Positions 13,638 through 25,734 of a stretch of DNA of 64,000 nucleotides are shown here, piece after piece. Under the pieces are notes generated by a model that was given only the letters and a program-made list of their open reading frames with translations, had not been told where the DNA came from and searched no databases. The stretch lies in NCBI GenBank assembly GCA_964270895.1, contig OZ185437.1. One strand, given 5' to 3'. Source of the stretch: Podarcis filfolensis. Its lineage: Eukaryota. The position numbers were made by a program, and so were the translations under genes. Numbering within the stretch: the stretch's first letter is position 1; every line of letters begins with the position of its first letter.

Positions 13638-13817
13638 AGAGCAAAAGAGGATGTGCTACAGAAAGAAGTGCGGGTGAAAATTCTGAAAGACAACATTAAG
13701 ATGTTAGCTGCTAAACTGCCATCTGGTGGTCAGGACTTAACAACTGAGCTTAACCTTGTATTGGAGAATTACCAGCTACTCTGCAACAGAATCCGGGGGA
13801 AATGCCACACTTTGGAG
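13638..13817 (+). CDS. UTRN: UTRN exon (ex27 paralog), 180 nt: [21 protein letters not shown]...[10 protein letters not shown]
   Basis: Acceptor gggcag, donor GTATTG; 60 codons. Confidence 0.97.
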
Positions 13818-14051
13818 GTATTGCCGAATAATCTAACCTCAGCAGAAATGTTTCATATGTCTGTGATATATTGGGCAATAGGAAATGCTAGTACATCATT
13901 GAAAAGCTGAAGAACTAGAAAACTTGAAAACATGAAAACTTTTATTTAATGTGACCATAATTTCTATATTAAATGATACTTGAGGTCAGATGTGACCATG
14001 TGTACATCTGCAAAGCATTTCAGAGAATACTTCTCAACACATGCTTTAGTT

Positions 14052-14187
14052 CAGGCTTCCTCAACCTCAGCCCTCCAGATGTTTTGATACTACAGTTCCC
14101 ATCAGCCCTGACCACTGGTCCTGCTAGCTAGGGATCATGGGAGTTGTAGGCCAAAAACATCTGGAGGGCTGAGTTTGAGGAAGCTTG
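14052..14187. mobile_element. hAT MITE, 136 bp
   Basis: TIRs CAGGCTTCCTCAA / TTGAGGAAGCTTG; 8-bp TSD CTTTAGTT / CTCTAGTT. Confidence 0.85.
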
Positions 14188-14403
14188 CTCTAGTTGTCCC
14201 AAAGGGAGACACCAGCTTGCTTTGGACAATCATATCTCACCTTAACAAGTGAATGGTTTAATATCATACTGTATTCAAAAATGAACATTCGTGGTTTCTT
14301 GGTGTGGATGAAATTGGAAAACTATGCTTAGAGATTTGTTGGTTTAATCATGGCTATCTCCAAAGCGACTGTGTACTGTACATGGGCAGAATATACCTTT
14401 GTA

Positions 14404-14775
14404 CAGTGGTGCCCCGCAAGACGAATGCCTCGCAAGACTGAAAACCCGCTAGACGAAAGGGTTTTCCGTTTTGGAGGTGCTTCGCAAAACGAATTTCCTA
14501 TGGGCTTGCTTCGCAAGACGAAAATGTCTTGCGAGTTCCTGCGGGGTTTTTTTCCTCCCCCCCCTTTTCCCAAGCCGCTAAGCCGCTTAACAGCTGATCC
14601 GCTAAGCCGCTTATCAGCTGATCCGCTAAGCCGCTAAGCCGCTTATCAGCTGATCCGCTAAGCCGCTAATAGCGCTAATCCGCTAAGCCGCTAATGGGCT
14701 TGCTTCGCAAGACGAAAAACCGCAAGACGAAGAGACTCGTGGAACGGATTCTTTTCGTCTTGCGAGGCACCACTG
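14404..14775. mobile_element. Tc1/mariner (Tigger-like) MITE with internal minisatellite
   Basis: TIRs CAGTGGTGCCCCGCAAGACGAA / TTCGTCTTGCGAGGCACCACTG; TA TSDs; CpG-rich. Confidence 0.9.
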
Positions 14776-15181
14776 TATCTTCATTTGCTAAGCTGACAGA
14801 GCATGCCAAAATTTTATTTAGAGAGATTATACTGTATTGATGTGGGTATTGGTACAGAGCAAGATCCATTGGTTTATCTCATAGCTCTCACACTTTCCAG
14901 TGGAACGGTATGCATTTAGGTGTAGCAAAAGATGGGATAGGTGGTAAAACTTGGGCCAGGATAGGACATGCTATACTGCAGAGTGTGGTTTGCCAGGGCT
15001 TGTTGCTAAAAAAATTGTGGAGTGTATGCAGAGGTTAATGAAGATCTTGCTGGTTGACAACTAACTCTATTTAGAGTGCCAATCGAAACTTGAGAAATAG
15101 GTGCCTCTCTAGATTGAATAGGGATTTGTCTCTGAAATGTAATTTAGTTGTGTTTTTTTAATGAAATCCCATCACCTTCAG

Positions 15182-15316
15182 GAAGTCTGGTCTTGCTGGA
15201 TTGAGCTGCTCCACTATCTGGATCTAGAAACAGCCTGGCTGAATACTTTGGAGGAAAGGATGAAAAGCACTGAAAACTTGCCAGATAAAGTGGATGCTGT
15301 CAATGAAGCGCTTGAG
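15182..15316 (+). CDS. UTRN: UTRN exon (ex28 paralog), 135 nt: [45 protein letters not shown]
   Basis: Acceptor ccttcag, donor GTATGG. Confidence 0.97.
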
Positions 15317-15594
15317 GTATGGTAGGCATTCCATCAATTCCTGTATGTTCAAGGAAAAGGCAGAAAATGAACATAGACTTTTAATTTATTTATTAGAACA
15401 ATATTTTTCTGCTACATTACATCATATGATCGTTGCATTGGTAATGAATAAACAGTTCCACCTAATCTTTATAATAGTTAAGCTATTGTATATTTGGTTT
15501 TATTTATTGATACAGATGTCCTTTGGGGTTAATTCTTCCAAAAGTGCTTTAAATCTCAGTAATTGCCTTAATTAACTGGTGTACCTTTTTCCAG

Positions 15595-15725
15595 TTGGAG
15601 GACAGTGACCTGAACTCTGTAATCCATGCCACAGTGACACCTAGATTAGACAGTTGCAAAGTGCTTTATGAGTGGCTGTCCATAAAGATGGTGTGGAAAC
15701 TACAACTGGCCAAATTTGGGGATCC
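15595..15725 (+). mobile_element. Decayed L2 fragment
   Basis: Translates to SVIHATVTPRLDSCKVLYEWLSIKMVWKLQL, matching the L2 motif IHALVTSRLDYCN. Confidence 0.7.
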
Positions 15726-15825
15726 AATCAACACTAGTGTATGCCAGTCCAATACGCCAGTGCTCATTGCATCCCCTCAATCAGGGCTTGCTCAGCAGCA
15801 ACCCAGTGAGACAAAGAGTAAAGCA

Positions 15826-16034
15826 TGATCACTGATAAAAGCTCAAGACTGCAAGTGAAACAAATCAATCGGCTTATTTGTGTACAAAGCTTAATGTTGT
15901 TATACAGTTTTAAGATAACCAAGTAACTTAAATAATTATGAAGTTCGTGAAAATAAAGCAAAGACTCTCCTCCCTGGAAGAGAGGGGGGTGGTTGTGGGC
16001 GGGAGCCCGAGCTCCGCCCCTAGCAATCGTCACA
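15826..16034 (-). mobile_element. Candidate short solo LTR
   Basis: Minus-strand termini TGTGAC...GTGATCA and a GC-box hairpin; no TSD found. Confidence 0.35.
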
Positions 16035-16435
16035 ACTTTTGTGGTATTGGTGGGTAGGTTAGGCATTGGAATAATGTGTTGTGGTGTGTCGAAGGGCTAG
16101 GTGTGGCCATCGCCTATGCCTCAATTTTTGGGTATTCCGTTAAAGGAATCTGGCGGTCGTGTACTCTGTCCGACGCCTGCTTGGCGGGAGGCCATGGCAC
16201 GACCCTCGGTGACATCAGGGGAGAGCCTATAGTTGGATTAGCATCAACAGGCTCCACCTACTGGCGAATAAACCCCCTTGTTTTAGACATCCAATGCCTA
16301 AGCCAATACCTTTTCACTGCTGTAATCAATAAAGTTGTGGCCTTTTCTTGCCCATTAACCTTATATCACGTGTTCTCTTGCGTATTCATTCCACATTGCG
16401 GGGGTCGGGTCCTCGAACCACAGCTTAAAGTAATG
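16035..16435 (+). mobile_element. Young retroelement terminal fragment (DIRS- or LTR-like)
   Basis: CpG-rich relative to flanks; AATAAA at two sites (aataaagttgtggcc). Family assignment is from memory only. Confidence 0.4.
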
Positions 16436-17529
16436 TGATATAAATTGTATATGCAAGTCTTGGTGATTGCACTGACAAAGTAATCAAATAATTAATATGG
16501 ACACCTCCTAACTTCCTCTAATTTTGAAACAGATTTTCTAAGTTCCCAAGCATACTAGCAGGTTGGACTAAAGTTCATTGTTACAAATCCAGACTGATAC
16601 AGCAGGATCTTTTGAGCTTCAGCTGTGTGAAAGCATGTGAAGCAGAGTTAGACAGCAGGTAGCAGCTAGCAGTGAAAAGGAGCAAAAATGATTCTCCGTA
16701 CACTTTTTATGTTGATTGGAAACTGGGCCAAGAGGATGGGAGTTTTCCATCTTTTCAATTAATTTAACCACATGAGTGAAGGACAAAGACTATAATCTAT
16801 CTGGGAAGGGGAATTGTGCATCTGGGACCCCTGCTTCTTCAGCAGTTCTTCACTTAAGTCACCTTTGACGCACTTCAGCACTGGCTTTCACCTTTGTTTT
16901 GACTCCATGGATATTGTATTCTTCATGCAGGTAACATTATGTTGACAGTGTGATGTTTCCTTTTAATCTTAGCAACATCCAGGATGCCAGTCTCACACAG
17001 CAGTTAGCAAAATCTAGCAAAACATTCAGTACTGCTTGCACAGAAATGACAGGCGTCTATATATACATCCATCATGACTACTCTTCTGTGTGTTTGCTAA
17101 AGTTGCTGGTTCTGCAGGCCTAGCAGGGTACAGGTTAACAAGTGCTGTCAGGTGCGCACCAGCATGATGTTCAAACAGTGGTGCTCAGACAACATAACAG
17201 GTTACAGGTGTGTTTCTGGGCAAAATTATGAGTTCTCACTTTGTCTTAAATGCATTGGGTCCTGGATATTTCAGGGCGAAACTCTCCATAGCTTGAGATC
17301 AGCTGAGGAGGATCTGCTTCAGGTCCCATCATTGCTGCAGGTCAGATTGGCTTCAACAAGAAGCAGAACCTTGTTGGTTGTTGTCCTGGAGCTACTCAAT
17401 GCACTTCCATGAGATGTGTTTGGTGTTTGGCAGGCAGGTTAAAATAATTGTTTCCACATGCTTTCAGATACAGGCAACTCACATTTTATGTGAGGATTTG
17501 GTTCTGGGGTCCACACATAAACATGTAAA

Positions 17530-17680
17530 TGCTTGCCTGGCTTTGGGAAGGAGGCGCAAGGGCTTTGTCAGGCTCTCAGACCCCTTCCAACACCTTCCCA
17601 AAGCTGGCAAGCGAGGTGCTGGGTTTTGGTGAGGAGGCACAAGGTAGTGCACTACCTTCCCAAAGTCAGGTAAGTCTGCG
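17530..17680. repeat. Second copy of the CTTTGGGAAGG / CCTTCCCAAAG palindromic repeat family
   Basis: Shares units with 7885-8205. Confidence 0.55.
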
Positions 17681-17876
17681 ACTGCAGCTTTGCATGGGTT
17701 GGGGCTGGGAAATAAATTGAGAGCAGGTTTCCTCTGCTCTCCATTTGTTTATTCCCCACCCAAAGCTGTGATCGTGCAAGTAAAATAAATGTAAGATTTG
17801 AGTTACCTATACTAGTTTTTGTTGCATTGTTGTGATGCATTTTTTTAAAAAAAACTAACAACGCAATTCTTGTTAG

Positions 17877-18026
17877 TCACTGGAATCTGTCCTACGCCAT
17901 CCAACTGATAACCGGACTCAAATTCGGGAACTTGGCCAAACGTTGATTGATGGAGGGATCCTTGATGAAATCATCAGTGAAAAATTGGAAGCTTTCAATG
18001 CCCGCTATGAAGAATTAAGTCATGTG
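17877..18026 (+). CDS. UTRN: UTRN exon (ex29 paralog), 150 nt: [50 protein letters not shown]
   Basis: Acceptor cttgttag, donor GTAAGA. Confidence 0.97.
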
Positions 18027-18509
18027 GTAAGAATTTCTATTTTTAGTAAGATGGATAATTTGTTTTCACTAGTGCCTCTATATTCAGTATGTAACAAAGC
18101 TTTAAATAGTAACAGTAATCTTTGGCACCTAGTATCAAGATCAGACCTGTACAACTTGCTACCCACCAAGCCAAATAATGCACAAATCATCCATTGTGGC
18201 CTTCCAGGTGTTTGGCAGCTGTCAGACACACAGCAAAAATTGAAGCCTTACTAAGCCCCTGATTAGCTAACATTCAGACTGGTTGGCTGCATTTAGGTTG
18301 GTGGGTCACAATCCACTGTGCAGGGCAGAACAAAAGATGATATTGTTGATTTATAAATGGACTCCTTCCATGCTTCTAAAAATCAGTAAGAGGCAATATG
18401 TAAACTAATGTTTTGCCATCATAAGTAAGCAAGGGAAAAAAAGACTGTGAGAATGTTCCCATAAGCTTTTGTGCAAAAGGGAAGAAAACCTTTCTGTAAG
18501 CGGAATATT

Positions 18510-18987
18510 TGTTGTTGTTGTTTAGTCGTTTAGTCATGTCCGACTCTTCTTGACCCCATGGACCAGAGCACACCAGGCACTCCTGTCTTCCACTGCCTCC
18601 CGCAGTTTGGTCAAACTCATGCTGGTAGCTTCAAGAACACTGTCCAACCATCTCGTCCTCTGCTGTCCCCTTCTCCTCGTGCCCTCAATCTTTCCCAACA
18701 TCGGGGTCTTTTCCAGGGAGTCTTCTCTTCTCATGAGGTGGCCACAGTATTGGAGCCTCAGCTTCAGGATCTGTCCTTCCAGTGAGCACTCAGGGCTGAT
18801 TTCCTTAAGAATGGAGAGGTTTGATCTTCTTGCAGTCGATGGGACTCTCAAGAGTCTCCTCCAGCACCATAATTCAAAAGTATCAATTCTTCGACGATCA
18901 GCCTTCTTTATGGTCCAGCTCTCACTTCCATACATCACTACTGGGAAGACCATGGCTTTAACTATACAGACCTTTGTTGGCAATATT
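18510..18987 (-). mobile_element. RTE-BovB LINE, 5'-truncated 3' end
   Basis: Open frame KAMVFPVVMYGSESWTIKKADRRRIDTFELWCWRRLLRV...; (CAA)n tail; TSD AGCGGAATATT / AGCAGAATATT. Confidence 0.93.
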
Positions 18988-19658
18988 AGCAGAATATTAG
19001 TTGAAGTGTGTTAACGGTTAACCAGATTAATTCTGAAAATCACAAAACAGATTAAGAACTGGGTTGGCGACTCAGATTCATTTTAGAGATTAGCAGGATG
19101 CTACCAGCAATGTGTAACACAGGGTTGGATCCAAAAGGTCCCTTCTACTTTTTGAGGGAGGGACTCCCTCTGTTCATGGAATACACTGAGATCTGCTGAA
19201 GAGTCTCGCTGGAGGAAGAGGGGGTGATTTTGCCACTTCCCTCTTATACCTGCAGTTCCCATCCAACCTCCCCTGCAGCTTTTCAGAGGATACGGGTTTC
19301 TGCAAAAATGACCTTGCCCCTCTTCTAGTGGGTGTGCACAGCAAATGGAGTTCTACTTATAGGAACACTTGTCTCAACTATTAGTTATACTGCCATACAG
19401 TGAATTTATACTATCTTGGTGGAGCCACAGCTATTCTTTTGAGCAAGGGACTCCTTTGCAGCAGCTTTCAGTTCTGATCACATTTCCATTGCATATTGCC
19501 TTACTCTATTCACTCACATCTGTTCTGATGACTGATACGGCCAAGTGGTTTTAAAAGAATCACTTAACCTCTGTTTTTGAGTGCGACCTGCTCCCTGACC
19601 TTTGAAGTGTGTGATTGTGAAAGCATTAGTAATGTTTAAGACCCAAGGGATCTTGCCT

Positions 19659-19664
<6 letters not shown>

Positions 19665-19700
<36 letters not shown>
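19665..19700. repeat. (AG)n microsatellite
   Basis: Seen directly. Confidence 0.98.
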
Positions 19701-19702
<2 letters not shown>

Positions 19703-19749
19703 GAATAAAATGAATTTCAGCAGTAATGTTCTAAGAACAACAATGAAAA

Positions 19750-20220
19750 GAACATAAGAAAAACCCTGCTGGATCAAATCAAGCACTCCTCTAGTCTAGC
19801 ATCTTGTTTTCTCAGGCCAACCAGATGCCTATGGATAGCCCACAAGCAGGACATTAGTGTAATAGTAGTCTCTTCTCTTGTGTTTTGTGGCAACTGGCAT
19901 TCAAAGGCACACTAATTATACAGTGGTACATCGGTTTAAGAACATCCCTGTTCGCTTTATGAACTCTGCAAAACCGGTAGTAGTGTTTCGGTTTGTGAAC
20001 TTTACCTCGGTCTAAGAATGGAAGCCAAATGGTGGAAGGGCACCGGCGGCGGGAGGCCTCATTAGGGAAAGCGTGCCTCGGTTTAAGAACAGTTTCGGTT
20101 TAAGAACTGACTTCTGGAATGGATTAAGTTCGTAAACCAAGGTACCACTGTACCGGAGGTGGTACACACATCCATCATCATGAGTATCCATTGATCACCT
20201 TTTTCTTAATGGATTTGGGC
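19750..20220 (-). mobile_element. CR1-type 3' tail interrupted by a MITE
   Basis: The CR1-tail motif continues on both sides of 19921-20150. Confidence 0.6.
19921..20150. mobile_element. Tc1/mariner MITE, 230 bp
   Basis: Ends CAGTGGTAC / GTACCACTG; TA TSDs. Confidence 0.88.
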
Positions 20221-20759
20221 TTGTCCACACTTTGCTTAGACACTAGGCACAGGTCCAAGCGGTTTTCTGTTTGTCCTACCACTTTCCTTTGGAAGATCCG
20301 CTCTTTACTGCTGACTTGGAGCAAACGTCAATCCACGGAAAACTCATTTGCCATTTGTTCCGGTTCAGCTGTATGGAGTGGGTTTTCTCTGGGGAAAAGC
20401 CATCCATGTTGGCAGCCTTTATAAACACGTTATAGTAGGAAATGATTGATAGAATTCCCTAGAGAGTTCAAGCTGTGCCTCCAACCATGCCATTCTTGCG
20501 TATGTTGAGATGAATGATGCTGATGGGGGAACATAATCATGTACATCTTTGTTTGGGCTTCCCATGTTAAGGATCTCTGAATTAAGTGCTCTTCTGTTAG
20601 GAGTGGTTCATAATCTTGAAAAATTCAGTGCTTAAATTGCAGCCCTTGTCAGCAAGAAAGGAAATTGCAGTTCTCATTTTATTTCATATTCATATTTTTC
20701 TGTGTTCAAATTCAAAAGTAATCATGCTGTGCAACTTACTCTTTTGCTTCAAAATTCAG

Positions 20760-20921
20760 GCAGTGAGCAGACAGATTTGCTTGGAACAGCAGCTTCAGAC
20801 AATGCGGGAAACCGAGCACATGTTGCAAGTCCTACAAGAGAGCTTGAAGGATCTGGATAGACAGCTAACTTCGTACTTGACCGACAGAATAGATGCCTTC
20901 CAAATGCCACAGGAGGCACAG
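20760..20921 (+). CDS. UTRN: UTRN exon (ex30 paralog), 162 nt: [20 protein letters not shown]...[10 protein letters not shown]
   Basis: Acceptor aattcag, donor GTATTT. Confidence 0.96.
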
Positions 20922-21220
20922 GTATTTTCAGTAGACTTTTGTTGCCACGCAGGATTTTTGGGTGTAGGATGATGATAGATTGCTTCTTGAAAGGAATCTG
21001 TGCCGTATAATTTAGCTGTGTATGTGTGTGTAGGCGGACACATTGGAGTACCTGCTGTAATACGGCTAATGACTTTGAAAAAAGGAGCCTATCATCAAAG
21101 CCAGCATGACTGATGTTGACACTGTAGCACTCATAATAGACTTCTGTGGTGTGATTTATTGCTAGTAAGGCTGATATCTGCCATGTACTGTTTTTTGCCT
21201 TTCCAATAACGACTTGGCAG

Positions 21221-21349
21221 AAAATCCAAACTGAAATTGCTGCTCATGAATCCACCTTGGAAGAGCTAAAAAAGAACGTGCGGTCGTTGATGCCAGCCTC
21301 CCCAGAATGCAGATCTCCTCGTAGTGGGTCTCAATTGGATGCCTTGCAG
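21221..21349 (+). CDS. UTRN: UTRN exon (ex31 paralog), 129 nt: KIQTEIAAHESTLEELKKNVRSLMPASPECRSPRSGSQLDALQ
   Basis: Acceptor ttggcag, donor GTAAAT. Confidence 0.95.
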
Positions 21350-22709
21350 GTAAATATCACAAGCATTTGCCGGTGACCAGAACTGAGTGTAACTGACCGC
21401 ATAAGTAAAAAATGAAGAGGGCATCTGTGGATGATAAACATGAGTCCTGCTACTTGAATTTGATTTGCAGAAGTTTAATAGATAAATAATTTTGTTGCTT
21501 TATAAATTTCTTGTGCGTCTTTGATTTGTGTGGATGCTGCTTTTCAATATTAATTGTTCTATTAATCATTAGAAAATCACTCTGAGATCCAGTGGATGAA
21601 GGGCATCTTAGAAGTTTGTTTAGATTATCTGTTGATCTGACTTCTAAATTTCAATACATTTGTTGTCATTGGAACAGCTCCAAAAATAAAATGGGAGGTT
21701 GACACTGCTAGTTGTAGAAATAAAGCATGATCTGAATTATTTCAGAATTCGTATGCAGGATGTGTTCTGACAAAAGGCAGCTTTCTTTGTGATTCGGGGG
21801 CGGTAAGCGCACTTATGGGTGAAGGCTATGCACTTTATTCATGTACAACAGGAATCAGTGCACAATACATATAGCTTCTGAGTGTAAAGCACTGGCAGTG
21901 CTGGATTTAGGGTGGTGTGGGCAGTTCTTCTCCACAGGGCACAGAGCTAAGAGGGTGCATCATCAACATCATCAACATCATACCTATATTTATATGTGTA
22001 TCTACTCAAAGTTGGGAGTGTGTGCCGAATTTTGTCCTTGCTCAGAGTGCCATATTACTAAAGCCTGACCCTGGGACAGGACTAGCCTGCATACAGCATA
22101 TTACATTGTAAATTACACAATAAGTCTACATAAAACCTAATTAGCTTGGAACAATTTCTTAAAAATAGGCAAAGGGTTTTATCCTGAACACTGAGCACAA
22201 TACCTTTGAGACTTGGTGATAAGCCCAGGCTGGTGGGGAACTGATGGACCACTTCTCATGGCTTGCCAGGCTGGACCCCTAGCATGGGAACTAGGGAACT
22301 GACAGTAGGTCTTTGTAGACAACTAATTCAGTATAAGGCAGCTTCCTGTGGGTCATATTAGACATAAGTAAGAGGTATTTCTCGCATAGTGGGAGAAAGG
22401 ATGAAATCATTTGAGGGAGCAGGAGACCTTGGATAGCTGAGGGTTTTGCTGGAGGAGTGACAGTCACAGGTAGAGACGTATTGAGGTTTAAGAGCAGAGA
22501 GATGTGATAAGGGCATGAGAATCTGGAGTCCTTTGAAGATAAGGACAAACATCCTGTGCTAGGCTCAAGACTGTACAAGAAACTAGGGTAGGTATCTGGG
22601 AGACGTGCTGCATGGTCTAAGCAATGAGATGAAGGAGGAGGGTTGTTGAAACCTCTTGGGCGTTTCTTTCTGGTCACAGTTTGATATTGTTGCCTTCTTT
22701 TATAAACAG

Positions 22710-22883
22710 AGGAAACTGCGGGAGGTATCCACAAAGTATCAGCTTTTCCAGAAACCAGCGAACTTTGAGCAACGTATGCTGGATTGTAAACGGGTTCTGG
22801 ACAGTGTAAAGGCTGAGCTCCGTGTCTTGGATGTGAAGGATATTGACCCAGATGTAATTCAGTCTCACTTCGATAAGTGCATG
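22710..22883 (+). CDS. UTRN: UTRN exon (ex32 paralog), 174 nt: [30 protein letters not shown]...SHFDKCM
   Basis: Acceptor taaacag, donor GTAATA. Confidence 0.97.
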
Positions 22884-23449
22884 GTAATACAGAATTTTGG
22901 CTGCACTTTCCTACTTTCCTCTCCCTCCATATTATATCCATGAGGTCATGAAGATTTAAGATACTTTGCTTCTGTGTCTCAACTGAAATGAAGACTCCTA
23001 CCAAAGATATCCTTCTATAGAAGCGTATCCACAGATTTGGTGGAAAGCTTGGATAAAAGGAACAATTCTTTTTAAGTGATTTGGTTCTTATACCTAGATT
23101 GAATTATCAAAAGAACGTAACACTTTCATATTATCAAAATAGTTCTAAGGGAAGCTTACTTAACTTTTCACTTTAATGGTACCTAGAGACAAATTTGATG
23201 CAGCGTACATAACATAATTTTATCTTTGTCATATTTAGCATTAAAGCAAAAAACCCCAAACATCTATTTCTTAAAACTCTGGATGAAACATTTGTTATGT
23301 CCAGGATGTTTGAATTGATGCATTGTTATGTCTCACCTGCTTTCAAGAAGTAATATGACATGAACAAGTTTAACCATTATTTGGAAACAGAAACAGACAA
23401 GCCTTGAGACGTTAAACGGTAACAAATGTGTAATTCATTCTGGCTCTAG

Positions 23450-23605
23450 AAACTCTACAAGACTCTCAGTGAAGTAAAGCTTGAAGTGGAAACTGTAATC
23501 AAAACAGGAAGGCAAATTGTACAGAAACAACAAACAGATAACCCTAAGAGCATGGATGAACAACTGACAGCATTGAAGTTTCTATACAATGATCTGGGTG
23601 CACAG
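23450..23605 (+). CDS. UTRN: UTRN exon (ex33 paralog), 156 nt: [52 protein letters not shown]
   Basis: Acceptor gctctag, donor GTAAGA. Confidence 0.97.
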
Positions 23606-24196
23606 GTAAGAGTTGTGTGCTGCTTTTGGGCTTTGGGGCCAGGCTATCTGAGGACAGTCTTCTGCCACATGAATCAGACTACCCTTATGACCATTAGAGG
23701 CCTTGCTCTTTGATTTTTTGCCTTCAGAGGTACTGTTGCCTGGGACACATATAGGGTCTTTTCTGTAATGGTTTTAAGATTGTAAAAAGCTCTTCCTTGG
23801 GAAACCATGGCAGGCTTCCTTCTTTTTGTTTTTTATATAAATGGTCAGTGCATTTTATTTTTTAAGGCTTTTGGATTGTTTTAACTTTGCACACTGCATC
23901 TTCAAATGTTTTAGTTTTGCTCTCTTTCTGAACTGTTTGTTCTTCAGTACCTCATTGTGATGTATAATCTAAATTGTAAGCCACCTTGGATGCTCTGTCT
24001 AGCAAGCTGGATCACCTCTTTCTATATGCTTTGTTGGCACTCTCAAAGAACTCTTAATAGATTAGCGAGACAAAATTTGCTGTTGCAGAAGCCTACTTCA
24101 GCTTGCTGTTCTATAGGATTGGTTACTTTATGTTTAAATATACTTTCCACCAGTTTTCCTGTGCCAGACATTAAGCTAAGCAGGGACATTAAACTA

Positions 24197-24582
24197 GGGA
24201 CGCGGGTGGCACTGTGGTCTAACCCACTGAGCCTCTTGAGTTTGCTGATCGGAAGGTTGGCGGTTCGAATCCCCACAACGGGGTGAGCTCCCGTTGCTCT
24301 GTCCCAGCTCCTGCCAACCCAGCAGTTTGAAAGCATGCCAGTGCAAGTAGATAAATAGGTACCACTGCGGCAGGAAGGTAAATGGCATTTCCATGCGCTC
24401 TGGTTTCCGTCACGGTGTCCCGTTGTGCCAGAAGCGGTTTAGTCATGCTGGCCACATAACCCGGAAAGCTGTCTGTGGACAAACGCCAGCTCTCTTGGCC
24501 TGAAAGTGAGATGAACACCGCAACCCCATAGTTGCCTTTGACTGGACTTAACCGTCCAGGGGTCCTTTACTTTTACCTTACC
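24197..24582 (+). mobile_element. Sauria SINE, full length
   Basis: GGGACGCGGGTGGC head; A box; B box GGTTCGAATCCC (24262-24273); (TTTACC)n-like tail; flanking duplication. Confidence 0.92.
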
Positions 24583-24782
24583 TATACTTTCCACCAGTTT
24601 TCCTGAGCTAAGCAGCGTGTCATTTCCAGGATCCCCTCTGGATCCCTTTTTTCTTTTTTCTTAGTATGACCTTTTATAAAAATACCACCTGGGTGTTGCC
24701 AATTACTTTCACTGCTACGTACTTCTTATTGAAGAAGCAGAACTCCTTATTTCTGTTTTTACATGCTGGGTTTCTTATGCAG

Positions 24783-24953
24783 GTCACTGAAGGGAAGCAA
24801 GATTTGGAGCAGGCATTGCAGCTGTCATGTAAGCTCAAGGAAGTCTCTCTTTCCTTGTCGAAATGGCTAGAGGCTACGGAGGCTGAGTTAGTGCACAAGT
24901 CCACCTCAGAGAATTTGCTCACTGATCTGGACACTGAAATCGCATGGGCTAAA
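24783..24953 (+). CDS. UTRN: UTRN exon (ex34 paralog), 171 nt: [21 protein letters not shown]...DTEIAWAK
   Basis: Acceptor ttatgcag, donor GTAAGA. Confidence 0.96.
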
Positions 24954-25734
24954 GTAAGAAAAACTGTATCTTGTCCTTTCTCCTTTGTATTCCTTTGTGA
25001 TTTAAAAACTGAAAACAAAACAGAGACAATTGTTTCTATTTCATCTTTGGAGCAACTGTTAACAAAAATGAACTTTCTAATGAGTAGCCCATCTTGAAGC
25101 CTTGTATATAAATTAAACAAATTATATAAGCGCTAGAAATTTCCAGACTATGTAGAAGCACCAACATAATTCTGTCCCTCTAGTTCACTTGTGAAGCTAC
25201 TGTTGCCTTAATTTTTGCTGCAGTGTCAATAGCAACCCAGCTGCAAGGCTCATAGTGCTTCCAAATAATTTATTTAATAGTTTTTCTCCTTTTCTGTTTC
25301 CCTGATGGAACAATCTGTCCTCATCCCCCCATGTTCAGCTTGCCTGATGGAACAACCGGCCCCCCCCCACTGTTCTTGCGGGGGATGGTGGTCTCTGGAC
25401 CACCCAGAGCAAATTTGGGGAGGGCACCAGAGAGCTGGAGGCTAGGGGAAGGAAAGGTGGAAAGTCCTGTTGCACTAGAAGGAATTGTTGTGCTGCTTTT
25501 TGCTGGTTCAATACTTAGTCCATAGTGCAACTTTTTCCTGGTTTACATTAAGCTGATGAAGAAAAATTGACGCATGCTTTTCAAGCAGAATTTTCTGCTA
25601 TGCAAATGGTGGTCAACTATGCATTGCTGATTATAAATAGGAAAATCTTAGGCATTTTCTTCCAGCATTAGATTCTAAAAACATTGCATATGGTACATGA
25701 TTATTGTGAGTGGGTAGTGTTTATCCTCTGTTCT

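Noticed and set aside
14573-14695. CRISPR-like array
   Set aside because: Tandem minisatellite with no unique spacers, inside a eukaryotic transposon.
22291-23004. 237-aa antisense ORF, the longest in the track
   Set aside because: It spans the antisense of a UTRN exon plus what looks like a decayed L2 tail; no coherent protein similarity.
24197-24280. tRNA gene (A and B boxes)
   Set aside because: This is the tRNA-derived head of a Sauria SINE; no full cloverleaf.
24674-25120. 148-aa antisense ORF
   Set aside because: Shadow frame of exon 24783-24953.
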